Of a stretch of 64,000 nucleotides of DNA, positions 12,183 to 24,272 are shown piece after piece. This DNA is from Scyliorhinus canicula (Eukaryota). The stretch lies in contig NW_024055444.1 in assembly GCF_902713615.1 (NCBI RefSeq), positions 62,001-126,000 of the forward strand, given 5' to 3'. Numbering within the stretch: position 1 is the first letter of the stretch; each line of letters opens with the position of its first letter. Both the position numbers and the translations under genes were made by a program. Below the pieces are notes generated by a model. The model was not told where the DNA came from, did not search any database, and saw only the letters and a program-made list of their open reading frames with translations.

Positions 12183-12253
12183 GGAAATTGACCCGGTCTC
12201 TGTCACTGTGAATATTCCAACCCAGCACAGTATGGCAAGTCAATATAAAATCC
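12183..12253 (-). other. NAR-TCR D segment (coding 12211-12225, CTGGGTTGGAATATT) flanked by two 12-RSS
   Basis: V-facing RSS (plus strand): CACAGTA 12226-12232, 12 nt, ATAAAATCC. J-facing RSS (minus strand): CACAGTG 12204-12210, 12 nt, weak nonamer TCAATTTCC. Fits V-23 / 12-D-12 / 23-J. Confidence 0.8.
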
Positions 12254-12576
12254 CCGGCTATATGGTGAACGTGGGCACATAATTTCAACAGTGGGGACTG
12301 CGGTTCCCAGTTCCCTCTGTTGGAACAGGATCCGGCTGGTCTGAGGGTTCGTCACTGAGATCAGTTATTCCCAATCACTATTCACTGACACTAATTTCTG
12401 GGAAAGTATCAACATCCGCACAAACTCGGCGTTTATAAAACTCAAGATGTTAACGGGAATGATCCAGTCTCATTATAACCCAGAGCATGGGACAGACAGT
12501 GTGAGGCGGAACTGTGGGTGTTTCAGGGCAGATTAACTCCGCTTTTACATTTGTTTATGTGATAATCCGCACTGAG

Positions 12577-12614
12577 GGATTTTGTACCGCGGGAAGACGA
12601 GACCCATCACTGTG
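12577..12614 (-). other. RSS of NAR-TCR V (22-nt spacer)
   Basis: CACAGTG (12608-12614), 22 nt, ACAAAATCC (12577-12585). Confidence 0.85.
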
Positions 12615-13094
12615 TGCTCCTGTATCTGCACTGAGCTTTACAGAAATAGGTGGCGCTGTCTTCAACTCTCACATCCCGAATTTCCAGCGAAAATGTCTTT
12701 TCTGCTTTATTCACCGTCACAACAAATCTCCCTCCGCTGGAGATCCGCTCCCAATCTGCCCCGGGCTGGGTTTGTCTGAAGAAATCCCCGCTTTTCAATT
12801 CAACAGTATAGTATCCACTGTGTAAAACACAGGTGATAGTGAGAGACTGGCACTCCTCCTTGGTCACCGCTCCTGGGCTCTGTGTCACTGACTGACTGAA
12901 ATATCCTGGAAATTAAACAGAGACAGTTTAATGGACCATCACAGCCAGAAACACACATCAGGCTAAAACCCCAGACAGTCTGTAATTGGGATGGAATCGG
13001 GCAGCTTTGTGTTAAATCCACACAATGTGGGTTAGTCTGATCGGTACTCACCGGGTAAACAGACACACAGCGTGAAAACAAGGAGGATCCCCAT
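12615..13094 (-). CDS. IgNAR-like V of NAR-TCR cassette 1, intact; leader exon 13052-13094, V exon 12615-12905
   Basis: Leader MGILLVFTLCVCLP, GTGAGT donor, TTTCCAG acceptor. GYFSQSVTQSPGAVTKEECQSLTITC…FFRQTQPGADWERISSGGRFVVTVNKAEKTFSLEIRDVRVEDSATYFCKAQ shows the VNAR-type short CDR2 region and ISxGGR…TVN motif. Confidence 0.9.
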
Positions 13095-13381
13095 CATTCT
13101 GCTGCCTGGAGCTGATGGTTTAGATGTCGGGGATCGAGAGACTGCAAACCTGGACTGCTCTGGGAGACTGCGCCTCAGACCTGAACTGAAATTAAATTTC
13201 GCCCTTAAATCGGTAAATTAGGCCACGCCCCCAGGCTACCTCACAACAGAAATTGAGTTTTGAAGCGGTACAGCCGGTTGCAAACACTCAGTCGAACATC
13301 CACAGCTCTTGCTACCAGGGAGCCTCCAGTTGCCTGTCGCTTCATTGGATTTGTGAGCTGGGGTTCAAACGTAGCTCAAAC

Positions 13382-13640
13382 TGGGCGCCAAGGTAGCACA
13401 GTGGTGAGCACTGTTGCTTCACAGCGCCAGGGACCCAGGTTTGATTTCTGACTTGGGTCACTGTCTGTGTGCAGAGTCTGAACGTTCTCCCCGTGTTTGC
13501 GTGGGTTTCCTCCAGGTGCTGCGGGTTCCTCCCACAAGTCCCGAAAGACGTGCTGTTGGATGAATTGAACATTCTGAATTCTCCCTCTGTGAACCCGAAC
13601 AAGCGCCGGAATGTGGCAACTAGGGGGTTTTCACAGTAAA
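13382..13640 (+). mobile_element. tRNA-derived SINE, diverged or chimeric
   Basis: GGGCGCCAAGGTAGCACAGTGGTGAGC head; the 3' part GCGCCGGAATGTGGCAACTAGGGGG matches the second SINE family. Confidence 0.65.
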
Positions 13641-14689
13641 TGTCTAATCAGAATGCCGGAACCTCAGGACCAGCAACTTCCTTCAATCCAGAAACTGATG
13701 ATCAGGTTACAGTATGATACAGACCACTGATAATATCCAGGTAGATATTTACAATATACATGATGATTATTGCACCATCGCCGTCTATGTTTTATAATAC
13801 CAACAATGCTTCAATTTAGTAATGATTACTTTCCAGTTCTGTCATATTCAGAATGCTCATTTGCAGTGACAGAGAATGGACAAATATTCAGAAGGACAAC
13901 GTACACTGTGGGATCAGGTTAGGGGCTTGGAAGAATGAGGACAGACAATATAAAGTGAATGATGCAAGTTGGTAGGCACTGGGGAAAGAGCGAGAGAGGT
14001 GATGTGACCGGAGGGAAGGTTGAGACTTCTGTTAAATCCATTTTAAGTTATTGGCTTGATCAGCAGGAAGCGTGTACAGAGGTGAAACTGTTGAAGGTGA
14101 CTATGCATTTGTATACCGTTGATAATATCTCGGCTAGATTAATGTTCAAATCTGGACTGCACATCCGAGAATGATTTAAGGGTCTCAGAAAGGGTGCGGG
14201 TCAGAATCATTAATATTGAACTAATGAAGAAATGCTTCCGCTTTGTGCAAAGACTGGGGAATATGATCCTGCCCTCCGTAAAACAGAGAAGCCTGAGCGA
14301 ATATTTGGTTGACATTAGACCACAAGACTATAAGATATAGGAGCAGAATTAAGCCACACGGCCCATCGAGTCTGCTCTGCTCTCAACAATTCCAGTTGAA
14401 TAAATAAGGAAATATTGCCTCTAGTGGCAGAAGGTTCACTCACCAGAGGACTGTCATTTGAAGGATTGGTATCTGCTAAAGAACCGAAGACAAGTTGGCA
14501 GACATTTCCTTTGCAATGTGAGTGTTTGTGACGTGTTCACTGACTGAAAGACAAGCTGATTTAAAAGTCAAAAAAGGAATAGGATAACGTCCTTAAATTG
14601 ATCCTTTAGCAAGGCAGCGGGACGGAGCAGTGGAGTGAGAGTAAATTTGTAATTCTGCGCAGAGGTCATAGGCACCATGTGCTGACTGA

Positions 14690-15050
14690 ATGAAATAAAA
14701 TGAAAATCGCTTATTGTCACAAGATGAAAGATGAAAATCGCGTATTGTCACGAGTAGGCTTCAATGAAGTTACTGTGAAAAGCCCCTAGTCGCCACATTC
14801 CGGCGCCTGTTCGGGGAGGCTGGTACGGGAATCGAACCGTGCTTCTGGCCTGCTTGAAAAGCCAGCGAGTTAGCCCAGTGAGCTAAACCAGTCCCGCAAG
14901 TAGGCTTCAATTAAGTTACTGTGAAAAGCCCCTAGTCGCCACATTCCGGCGCCTGTTCGGGGAGACTGGTACGGGAATTGAACCGGGCTGCTGGCCTGCC
15001 TTCGTCTGCTTTCAAAGCCAGTGATTTAGCCCTGTGCTAAACCAGCCCCT
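14690..15050 (-). mobile_element. Two tandem copies of the second SINE family
   Basis: AAGTTACTGTGAAAAGCCCCTAGTCGCCACATTCCGGCGCCTGTTCGGGGAG occurs twice; duplicated (ATGAAA) tails. Confidence 0.75.
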
Positions 15051-15417
15051 GACCTCATTGTGGGAATGAATGATGAGGGAATGGAACAGGAAGTTCTTGA
15101 TGATTCCAGTATCCAAATATTTACCTATTTCTTGTGCAGTTACTTTTTGAAGTTCTGTACTAATCTAATGCAATTGAGTAACATATGGCGTGAGTAAAAT
15201 GTTTGGAGAAGGAAGGTATGGCTTTACCGAGTTCATACTCCAGAGACAACCACCAAGATCTGGCAACGTCCAAGGACGGAGGAGGCTGTGTTTTAGTCAG
15301 ATGAGTCCTAAAGGAGAAGCAGAGAAAGCAAATTTCTTTAACACACCGAGTATCTGGTCGTTTGACTGAAACATACGGAGAGTTGGCTGCACATTGCTTA
15401 AAGACCATAAGACCATA

Positions 15418-15595
15418 GGGGCTGGTTTACCACAGTGGGGCTAAACAGCTGACTTATAATACAGAACAAGGCCGGCAGCGCGGGTTCAATTACCGTACCA
15501 GCCTCCCCGAACAGGCGCCCGAATGTGGCAACTAGGGGCTTTCACAGTAACTTCATTGAAGCCTACTTGTGACAATAAGCGGTTATTATTATTAT
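15418..15595 (+). mobile_element. Second SINE family copy
   Basis: GGGGCTGGTTTACCAC…GGGTTCAAT…GAAGCCTACTTGTGACAATAAGCGG with (TTA)n tail. Confidence 0.75.
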
Positions 15596-16945
15596 CATAT
15601 AAGACATAGAAGCAGAATTAGGCCACTCGACCCATTGAGTCTGCTCCGCCATTCAATCATGGCTGATATTTTTCTCATCCCCATTCGCCTGCCTACTCCC
15701 CATAACCTCTGATCCCCTTTTCGATCAAGAACCTATCTATCTCTGTCTTAAAGACACGCAGTGATTTGGCCTCCACAGCCATCTGCGGCAAAGAGTTCTA
15801 CAGATTCATCACCCTCTGGCTGAAGAAATTCCTCCTCATCTCTGTTTTAAAGGATCGTCCCTTTAGTCTGAGATTGTGTCCTCTGGTTCTAGTTTTTCCT
15901 ACAACTGGAAACATCCTCTCCACGTCCACTCTATCCAAACCTCGTAGTATCCTGTAGGTTTCAATAAGATCCCCCACTCATCCTTCTAAACTCCTACGAG
16001 TACAGACCATGATTCTCAACCGTTTCTCATACGATAAGCTCTTCATTCCAGGGATCCTTCTTGTGAACCTCCTCTGGACCCTTTCCAAGGCCAGCACATC
16101 ATTCCTTAGGTACGGGGCCAAACTCTGCTCACAGTACTCCAATTTGAGTCTGACCAGAGCCTTATACAGCCTCCGAAGTACATCCCTGGTCTTCGATTCC
16201 AACCCTCTTGACATGAATGAAAACATTGCTGCCTAACTGCCGACTGATCCTGCACGTCAACCTTAAGAGAATCGCCAACAAGGACACCCAAGTCCATGAG
16301 TGCTTTTGATTTCCTAAGCATTTTCCCATTTAGAAAATATTCTATGTCTAAATTCCTTCTTCCAAACTGCATAAACTCACACTTTTCCACATTGCATTTC
16401 ATCTGCCACTTCATTGCCCACTCTCCTAGCCTGTCCAAATCCCTCTGCAGCCCCCTTGCTTCCTCAATACTATCTTGTATCGTCTGCAAACCTAGCCTTC
16501 AGTTCCTGTTTCCAGATCATTAATGCATATTCTGAAAAGTTGTGATTCCACACACTGAAGCACACCACTAGTCACCGGCTGCCTTCCTGAAAAAGACCCC
16601 TTTATCCCCACTCTCTGCCTTCTGCCAGTCAGCCAATTCTCTATCCATGCCAATGTCTTTACCTTAACACCATGGGCTCTTACCTTTTTGAACAATCTCC
16701 GATTTGGCAACTTGTGAAAGGCCTTCTGGAAATCTAAATAAATCACGCCCTCTGGTTCTCTTTTGCCGAACTTCCTCGTTACCTCTTCAAAGCACTCTAA
16801 CAGATTTGTCAGACATGACCTCCTTTGACAAAGCGGTGCTGACTCAGTCCTATTTTACCATGCACTTACAAGTACTCCGTAATCTCATCTTTAAAAAGAG
16901 ACTATAAAATCTTACCAACGACCAAAGTCAAGCTAACCGGCCTAT
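15596..16945 (-). mobile_element. CR1 LINE 3' fragment
   Basis: Frameshifted RT/C-terminal ORFs (IYLDFQKAFHKLP…; LYKALVRLKLEYC…ALERVQRRFTR); (TCTTATG)-type tail near 15596. Confidence 0.9.
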
Positions 16946-19900
16946 CCCGTCTCTGCTTCCCTCCCTTTTTTTTCTAAATTTAGAGTGCCCAATTCACTTC
17001 TTCCAACTAAGGGGCAATTTTAGCCTGTTCAGTCCACCTACCCTGCACATCTTTGTGTTGTGGGGATAAACTCACGCAAACACGGGGCGAATGTGCAAAC
17101 TCCACACGGACAGTGACCCAGAGCCTGCAGAAGAGAAGGTAGAATTGTTCCTGTACAGCACTTCAATCCACATTCCTCCCCCTATCCCCATGCCTATTTT
17201 CTTTCTCCCATTTCTGCTGCGTTTTAACCAGTGGCATCCTGACCTCTTTCAAAGGTCGTCCATATACTTCACCACATGCGCCTCCTCACAGCTTGACACG
17301 TTTTAGCATCCTGTCCAGTAGGGTGTGTCCGGGTACTTGGGGTCTCCTTGCAGAGAAAGACCCGCTGCTGCAGCTATCGAAGTTCGTTCCCTTTCGGGAG
17401 TTAGAACTTCTCCGAAATTTCCCCAATCTATCTTGTGTAAGTTATGAAATAGTAAGTTTGGAAAATAAAATTTTATTATCCTCAAGTCAAGTATAGAGTC
17501 TACTGCAATTTCCATCACTTCCAGATGTCATCACATACTCAAGCTATATATCAGAAACTTCCTGTGATGGTGAGATGAAGCCTTGCTAACAAAGCAGCGT
17601 ATGGTTGATTGCTGCTCATATTTTCCTGATTTATTTGTATTTCCACCTGGAAACCCAGGAAACTTTGTAATAGCATGACCACTGCGACGTTACGTTGTAA
17701 CGAAGAAAATGCAGGAGAATTGTTTGTCAATGCATGATACCGCTAGTAAACGAGTTATACCCAAATCATGTGCTTGAGTTCTCCCTAAAATCTTAATTGA
17801 GAAACATTCAATTAATATTACCCTTTCAGAATATTTTTTAAGATGTGAGGACTCTTGATATTAGACAGAGCTGTAATCTGAATATTATTTGGATGTTTTC
17901 CGGATTCTGCGTGTGTCTCCTCCGGGTGCTCCTGTTTTCCGCACAGTCCAGAAATGTGCAGATTAGCTGGATTAGCCATGATCAATGCGCGACGTTATGG
18001 TCATAAGGTGGGCGAGTGGACCGAGGTATCGAGTTATTTCGTAGGGTGGGTACGAACTCGATGGACTGAATGGTCTCCTTCTGCATTGTCTGGATTCGAT
18101 GGACAATTACAGCATCTTTGTGCTTGATCTGACATTGCTGACGATGACTTTAATGATCAGCATCATCGGCCTCTCTAGGAATACTACCTGCTGAAGTGAT
18201 TTTTGTTTACATTAACAGTGCTATACAGTACACGCGTGGTAGCTAAGAGGATAAACAGTTTCATGCTATTTGTTGTTCGGCCTGTCAGGTTAGCGAAATT
18301 GCATTCAAGAATAGCATTCAAAATCTGAAGAAAATTGGATAAACATTTAATATGTAAAGCTTGTGTATGAAGTAAAACATTGTATGTGTGTATTCGCTAT
18401 TCCCGGTGCACCAGATGAAATTTATGTCTTTGACTGGACATTCGGGTTCAGGGGCAACCCATACAGAGCTGCTGAGAGGTCGATTAAACCGTCCACCCAC
18501 TTTCTGTGGTGTATGACCAGTTCATGTCTGCGTGACTTACAGTTAACAAACTGGTGTGAAGTCCCCAAATCCTCAAGTTCGTTTTTAAAATTACCTTCTC
18601 TCCTTTCCATACCTCTTTACATTGTTGAGCAGGCCTAGTTCTATCTTTCCCGGATAGTGGCAATGCCATGGGCGTGTCTACTGCTATAACACGATCCTCA
18701 GGCGCTGGACTCAGGGAAGTTGTCGGGTCTAAGGCCTTTGGATCAAAGGTTGAATTGAAATCTCACCAGCCCATTTAGAGAGATGTTTAATCATTTCCGG
18801 CAAAGTCAGCTCTGAAAGGAGCCAGACAGACACGAAACGTTAACTCTATTTATTTGTTCGCAGATTCCTCCTGCCTTGCTGAGATTATCCAGCATTTTTT
18901 GTTGTAAATACAATTGCAAGGTGAGATTCTGCCATATCCCACTGTTTTTGAAAACTCACCACTATTCTTAGAATTCCACCTATACCAAAAAAGGGTCGAT
19001 ATTCTAAATGGTGAACAGGGATTCTCACTCCCTGACTCCGATACAGGCTTCGGTGGGTGCCATTCATGTCAAACTATATTTTCAAGTTATCCCCCGGTAT
19101 AACCCATACCTTCACCGAAGATTTTATCTACTTACCACTTAGTAGCATCGATGTCCTGGGTCCTGCATTGCTAAGTAAGTAACGTAGACTTTCAGGAATA
19201 ACCCATTTTTTCAGGTTAAGTTAAGTTATTTTATTATTATATTTTTTCTTTTAAAAGCTGCAAACACTTTCTTTACAGAAAGGTAAAAAGATCTTGCTTC
19301 TGGATCCTGCTGGTTGGTTGTAGGGACCTTCAGGCCCACCTTGACACTCAATCTTCTTTAAATTCTGGTCTTCTTGGGATGTATTCGCTGGTTAGCTCTG
19401 TTGCTGTCTTGTCGATCCATGTACTGAGCTATAAGAGCTAACTCTGCTAGCTCTCTCTAAGCTGACTCTGACTCCTGTTTAAATTCTAGTCTTCCTTAGA
19501 TGTATAACTGTTTAAACTCGGCTGCTTGCCTTGTCTTTCCCATGACCGAGCTCTCTCTCTCTCTCTCTCTCTCTCTGAGTTCTCCTCCCCTTCTCTCCTG
19601 CTGCTGTTTCTCTTTGCTCTGTAGTTGTTGCTGCTGCTCCCTGGGTTTATATTCTCTTTCTAACAATTACCAAGTTTTTAGAGCCTTATTGTAAATTAAC
19701 TTATTTCCCTTTGATTGTCAAAAAGTATCTTCGATGCAAACACTTGAATACAACTAATCATTCACCCTGGGCATAACGTCACCTCAGATCTGATTACATT
19801 ATCCTTTGTGATGTTCAAATTTCCTTTGGTTTCAATAGGTGTTACTTCCACTCTGTGCTTTCGAATTGCTTAATTTTCCAATTGTCCCCAGCTCATAACT

Positions 19901-21418
19901 TTGCCTTTGATTTTGACTTTAAATTGTGTCTCCCCTAGACAGGTCGTCTCCAATTTTCTTTTAATTGACTTGATGTTCGTAGAATTTTACACTTTAGAAT
20001 TGACACCAAATTCGACTGAGCATCTTCCACCCTTTCCAGCTGTTTACTAAGAGTTTATTTCAATTAAGGTGTGAGACTTTGCTTTTAGCCGTATGCTAAA
20101 ATTTAACTTGGCTATGACTTGAAAGACCTGCCTGTTTTAAACATTCGTCAATTGAAACTCTCATCCATGCCTTTCCAGATACTTCCTGAGATAGTTACAT
20201 TCCATGAAGGTGTTGTGGAAGTGGATTACATTTATTGTCTTGTTTTAACATTGCTGTCTGTACGTAATATTAAGGTTCTGAAATATATCTGTGATCATCA
20301 AGTAAAAGGATGTTAAAGGGTTGAGGGAATGGAATGAGAACAGATCTCTGTATCTGATAGTGCAGAGACAGCAAAGATGAGTGTGTAAAACGTTGTCAAC
20401 TGAGACAATGGGCATTGGAATGTGAAAGAGCTGACTCAGGAGCATGAGAAGGAAGGAGATAAGGAAGTTGGACCTGATGGACGGATAGGATAAGAAAACC
20501 GTTAGCAGCAGCAGTATTAGTGAACCGTGCTAATGATTATGTCATAGTAACCACCCTACCTCGAGGATAATAGTTCCATATAAGTACATGTTCTGGATCC
20601 TTGCCAAATCATTGGTGTATCTAGGAATTTAAGGGGACCACCTCTAAGCTGTGATTGTATAAAGGGACAGTCCGCACTTCTCGAAGGTGGTTCCCCGACT
20701 ACTTAGAGATTTGTCCCGGCCGTGAATAAACGAATATTCGTTACCAACGTGTTCGAGTGTTTTACTTCTGGACTGACGAACGGCTATGTGAAAGCGCAAT
20801 TCACAGTGTGAGCCATTGTTTTAGCTTACCACATGAAACCTGTGTGTTTGATAAGCCTGCTTGTGAGCAAGGATCTGCATTTTACAATCCTGCTCTTTGC
20901 AGCTGCTATTAACCTTTTGTGGGATCTTTCCCTGTACCCTCTCAGACCAGATATTGCCAGACTTCCATGTTTCAAATGACACATTTTTCTGTATTTTCAA
21001 GAACACCACCCTCAAAACATGCCGCTTACTAAACACATAAATGCGGCAGATTATTACTGTGGGGCAATGAGGGAGGCAGGCTTTATCAACAGAAACAACT
21101 GAAAATCCCTCACCAACCCGGTAGGCCACTGAGCAACACACAAATGAGCTGACTTCACGTCAGGCTTACAGACTCGGCGGAACAACACGAGACCGCAGGT
21201 TCCTTTACAAGCCTGTCACTTATTCACAGAACGCACACTCAGAGAGACACAGGTCACCTTGTGACCCATCGGGAATACGCGGCACACCGTCATTTGCAAA
21301 CCAGCACTGTCCCCTAAAGTATTTCAGTCCCGCTCTGAGGCCCACTCTCCCAGAGCAGTCCGAGTCTGCAATGTCCATCTCCCCGTCAAATAGAGCATCA
21401 GCTCCAAGCAGCAGAACG

Positions 21419-21911
21419 ATGGAAATCCTCCTTCTTTTCATCCTGTGTGGCGTATTACCCCGTCAGTACGATAAGACTATCCCATGTTCTGTGGATTTAA
21501 TATAAAGCTGCCCGAGTCCATCCCAATTACAGACACTGTTTCGGGATTCAGCCCCATTGTGGTTGGGCTCTGATGGTCCATTAAACTGTCTCTGTTTAAT
21601 TTCCAGTATGTTTGAATCAGTCAGTGACACAGAGCCCGGCAGCGGTTAACAGGGAGGACTGTCAGTCTCTCACCATAAACTGTATTTTCAGTGCTGGTTA
21701 TAGGGCTTTTTTCAAATATGAGAATTTCTTTCGACAATTTCTGACCGGGACAAGTTGGACGCCGATATAGAGTGGAGGGAGATTTGTTGTCAGGACTCAA
21801 GAAGCAAGGCAGTCATTTTCGCTGGAAATTCTGGATATGAGAGTTGAAGATAGCGCCACCTACTACTGTGAACCTCATCAGGGGTGCTACACACATGTTG
21901 GATGGAACAGT
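21419..21911 (+). pseudogene. IgNAR-like V of cassette 2 with a premature stop, abutting a D-like segment; leader 21419-21461, V exon from 21607
   Basis: Leader MEILLLFILCGVLP, GTCAGT donor. QSVTQSPAAVNREDCQSLTINC…NFFRQ…PI*(TAG 21768-21770)SGGRFVV…EDSATYYCEPHQGCYTHVGWNS. Clear paralogue of 12615-13094. Confidence 0.88.
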
Positions 21912-21939
21912 CACCGTGGAAAGGCCCTGAGCAATACCT
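21912..21939 (+). other. D-type 3' 12-RSS directly after the cassette-2 V(D)
   Basis: CACCGTG, 12 nt, GCAATACCT; similar to the J-facing RSS of the cassette-1 D. Confidence 0.65.
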
Positions 21940-22290
21940 CCACAATTGGAATATATTTTCAAGGGCACGGATAGTGAATTATGCGGTTGGTTTAATATCA
22001 TTTTATTCCAGGGTGATTTATTGTATTTTCGCCACTCAGTTGCTTTCTTTGACACTGGATGACAACAATTTTTTATAATGCCAGTTCTGCTTGTCCTCAG
22101 TTGATATGAAGATCACATCTCCGGGCAATGTTCTTCGGGCGATGTTATAAGGGCCCAAGGCCTCACAGAGAATCCTTTGAACCGACAGGTAGCTTGTAAT
22201 ATTGAATATTGTTTATTTATCTAAAACTCCTGAATAATTTTACAATTCAAACTGTCCGTTGATGATTTTCCGACAGGTTGATGTAAAGGC

Positions 22291-22388
22291 GGTTCTTGTA
22301 CTGGTGAGATTGAGAGCCGTGTCACTGTGATACATTTTGAAAGATTGTGATGCAGATGAATCCGGGACGGTTGTGACGGTCACTGCCG
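22291..22388 (+). other. NAR-TCR J of cassette 2 (coding 22330-22388) with 23-RSS
   Basis: GGTTCTTGT (22291-22299), 23 nt, CACTGTG (22323-22329); YILKDCDADESGTVVTVTA-G, then GTAAGT. Confidence 0.88.
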
Positions 22389-22814
22389 GTAAGTGACTCC
22401 AAACCGCACCGTATTACAGACTATACGGGTTGGATGTGGAGAACTAATGGTAATGTAACTGGATCATTAATCCAGAAACCATGCCAATACTCCGGTAACA
22501 TGGGTTCAGATTTCAGCACAACAACGTGTGGAATTTAAATTCCATAAATAAAACAACTGGAAGTAAAAGCTAGTCTTGGTATGGTGATCGTGCAACCATT
22601 GTTGAGGATTTTTAGAGGAATGAGAGTGGATCTCATTAGAAAATAAAACATGTTTATGCGGCTTAATGGGACAGATTCTGGGTTGCTTCTTCCTCAGGCT
22701 GTGAAGTACAACTCGGTGTCAGTTTGAGAATACAGGTTCAAATATTATAACTGAAAAGAGGAGAAATTTCTTCAGTCAAATTCATTGTTGTGAATTTCTG
22801 AATTCCATATCTCA

Positions 22815-23790
22815 GAGAGCGGTGAACCAGGATGTTTCCTTGTCTGGAGGGCGTTAGCTATGTGAAGAGGCTGAACAGACTCGGACTGTTTTCGTTAGAA
22901 ACACGTACGCCGAGGGGGGGGGGGGGGGAGGGGGTCCTGATAGAGGTCCACAAGATTATTAGGGGCATGGGCAGAGAAAGGGCAGATGGATTTTAGTCCG
23001 GACAACTGTGAGGTAATGCATTTTGCTGGGTTGAACACAGAGGGGAAATATACCGTAAATGGAAAGACTCTTGGGAATATAGAAAGTCAGAGAGATCTGG
23101 GCGTGCATGTCCACAGATCTTTGAAGGTGGCAACAAAAGTGGACAAGGTAGTCAAGAAAGTATACAGAATGCTTGCCTTCATTGGACGGGGCATCGGGTA
23201 TAAAACCTGGCAAGTCATGCTACAGCTATATAGAATCTTAGTAAGGCTGCACTTGGAATATTGCGCACAACTTTGTTCACCACAATACCAGAAGGAGGTG
23301 GAGGCTTTGGATTGGGTGCAGAGAAGATTAACCAGGATGTTGCCTGGTCTGGAGGGTGTTAGCTCTGTGGCGAGGCTGAATAGACTCGGACTGTATTCAT
23401 TAGAAAGACATGCCGAGGGGTGTCCTGATAAAGATCTACAAGATTATGAGGGGTATGGATAGACTGGATGGGCAGGCACTCTTTCCCAGGGTGGAGGGGT
23501 CAGTCACTAGGGGGCATAGGTTTAAGGTCTCTGGGGCAAAGTTTAGAGGATATGTGCGAGGCAGGTTTTTTACGCAGAGGGTGGTGAGTGCCTGGAAAGC
23601 GTTGCCAGGGGAGGTTGTGGAAGCAGATACATTAACGGCGTTCAAAAGGCATCTTGAGAAATACATGGATAGGATGGGTATAGAGGGACACGGCACAAGG
23701 AAGTGCTGAGGGTTCTGGCAAAGGATGGTATCGTGACCGGTACAGGCTTGGAGGGCCGAAGGGCCTGTTCCTGTTCTGTACTGTTCATTA
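22815..23790 (+). mobile_element. CR1 LINE 3' fragments in the cassette-2 intron
   Basis: ORFs 22986-23462 and 23410-23709 (MLQLYRILVRLHLEYCAQ…; GHRFKV…FFTQRVVSAWKALP). Confidence 0.9.
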
Positions 23791-23906
23791 TTCTTTGTTC
23801 TTTGCCTGAAGAATACTCACAACATAAACCAGTTGGAGTGAAAGGCCTCTCTCTGTTCTGCTGATTTCGCGTAATGTAAAAGTTAGGGGGAAAATGCCCA
23901 GGAGAG

Positions 23907-24272
23907 GGGCAGCAGGGTAGCATGGTGGTTAGCATAAATGCTTCACAGCTCTAGGGACCCAGGTTCGATTCCCGGATGGATCACTGTCTGTGTGGAGTCT
24001 GCACGTCCTCCCCCTGTGTGCGTGGGTTTCCTCCGGGTGCTCCGGTTTCCTCCCACAGTCCAAAGATGTGCGGGTTAGGTGGATTGGCCATGCTAAATTG
24101 CCCGTAGTGTCCTAATAAAAAAGTAAGGTTAAAGGGGGGGTTGTTGGGTTACGGGTATAGGGTGGATACGTGGGTTGAGTAGGGTGATCATGGCTCGGCA
24201 CAACATTGAGGGCCGAAGGACCTGTTCTGTGCTGTGCTGTACTGTTCTATGTTCTATGTTCTATGTTCTATG
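23907..24272 (+). mobile_element. HE1/V-SINE-like copy
   Basis: Near-identical to 811-1140, with (TGTTCTA)n tail. Confidence 0.85.

Noticed and set aside
18300-20805. Possible LTR-retroelement remnant (TGTGA…TCACA block at 20290-20805 with AATAAA)
   Set aside because: No second LTR, TSD, PBS or recognisable gag/pol motif; cannot be supported without a repeat library.
20802-20840. Isolated CACAGTG, 23 nt, CATGAAACC
   Set aside because: Only 5/9 nonamer match and no adjacent coding segment; expected by chance.
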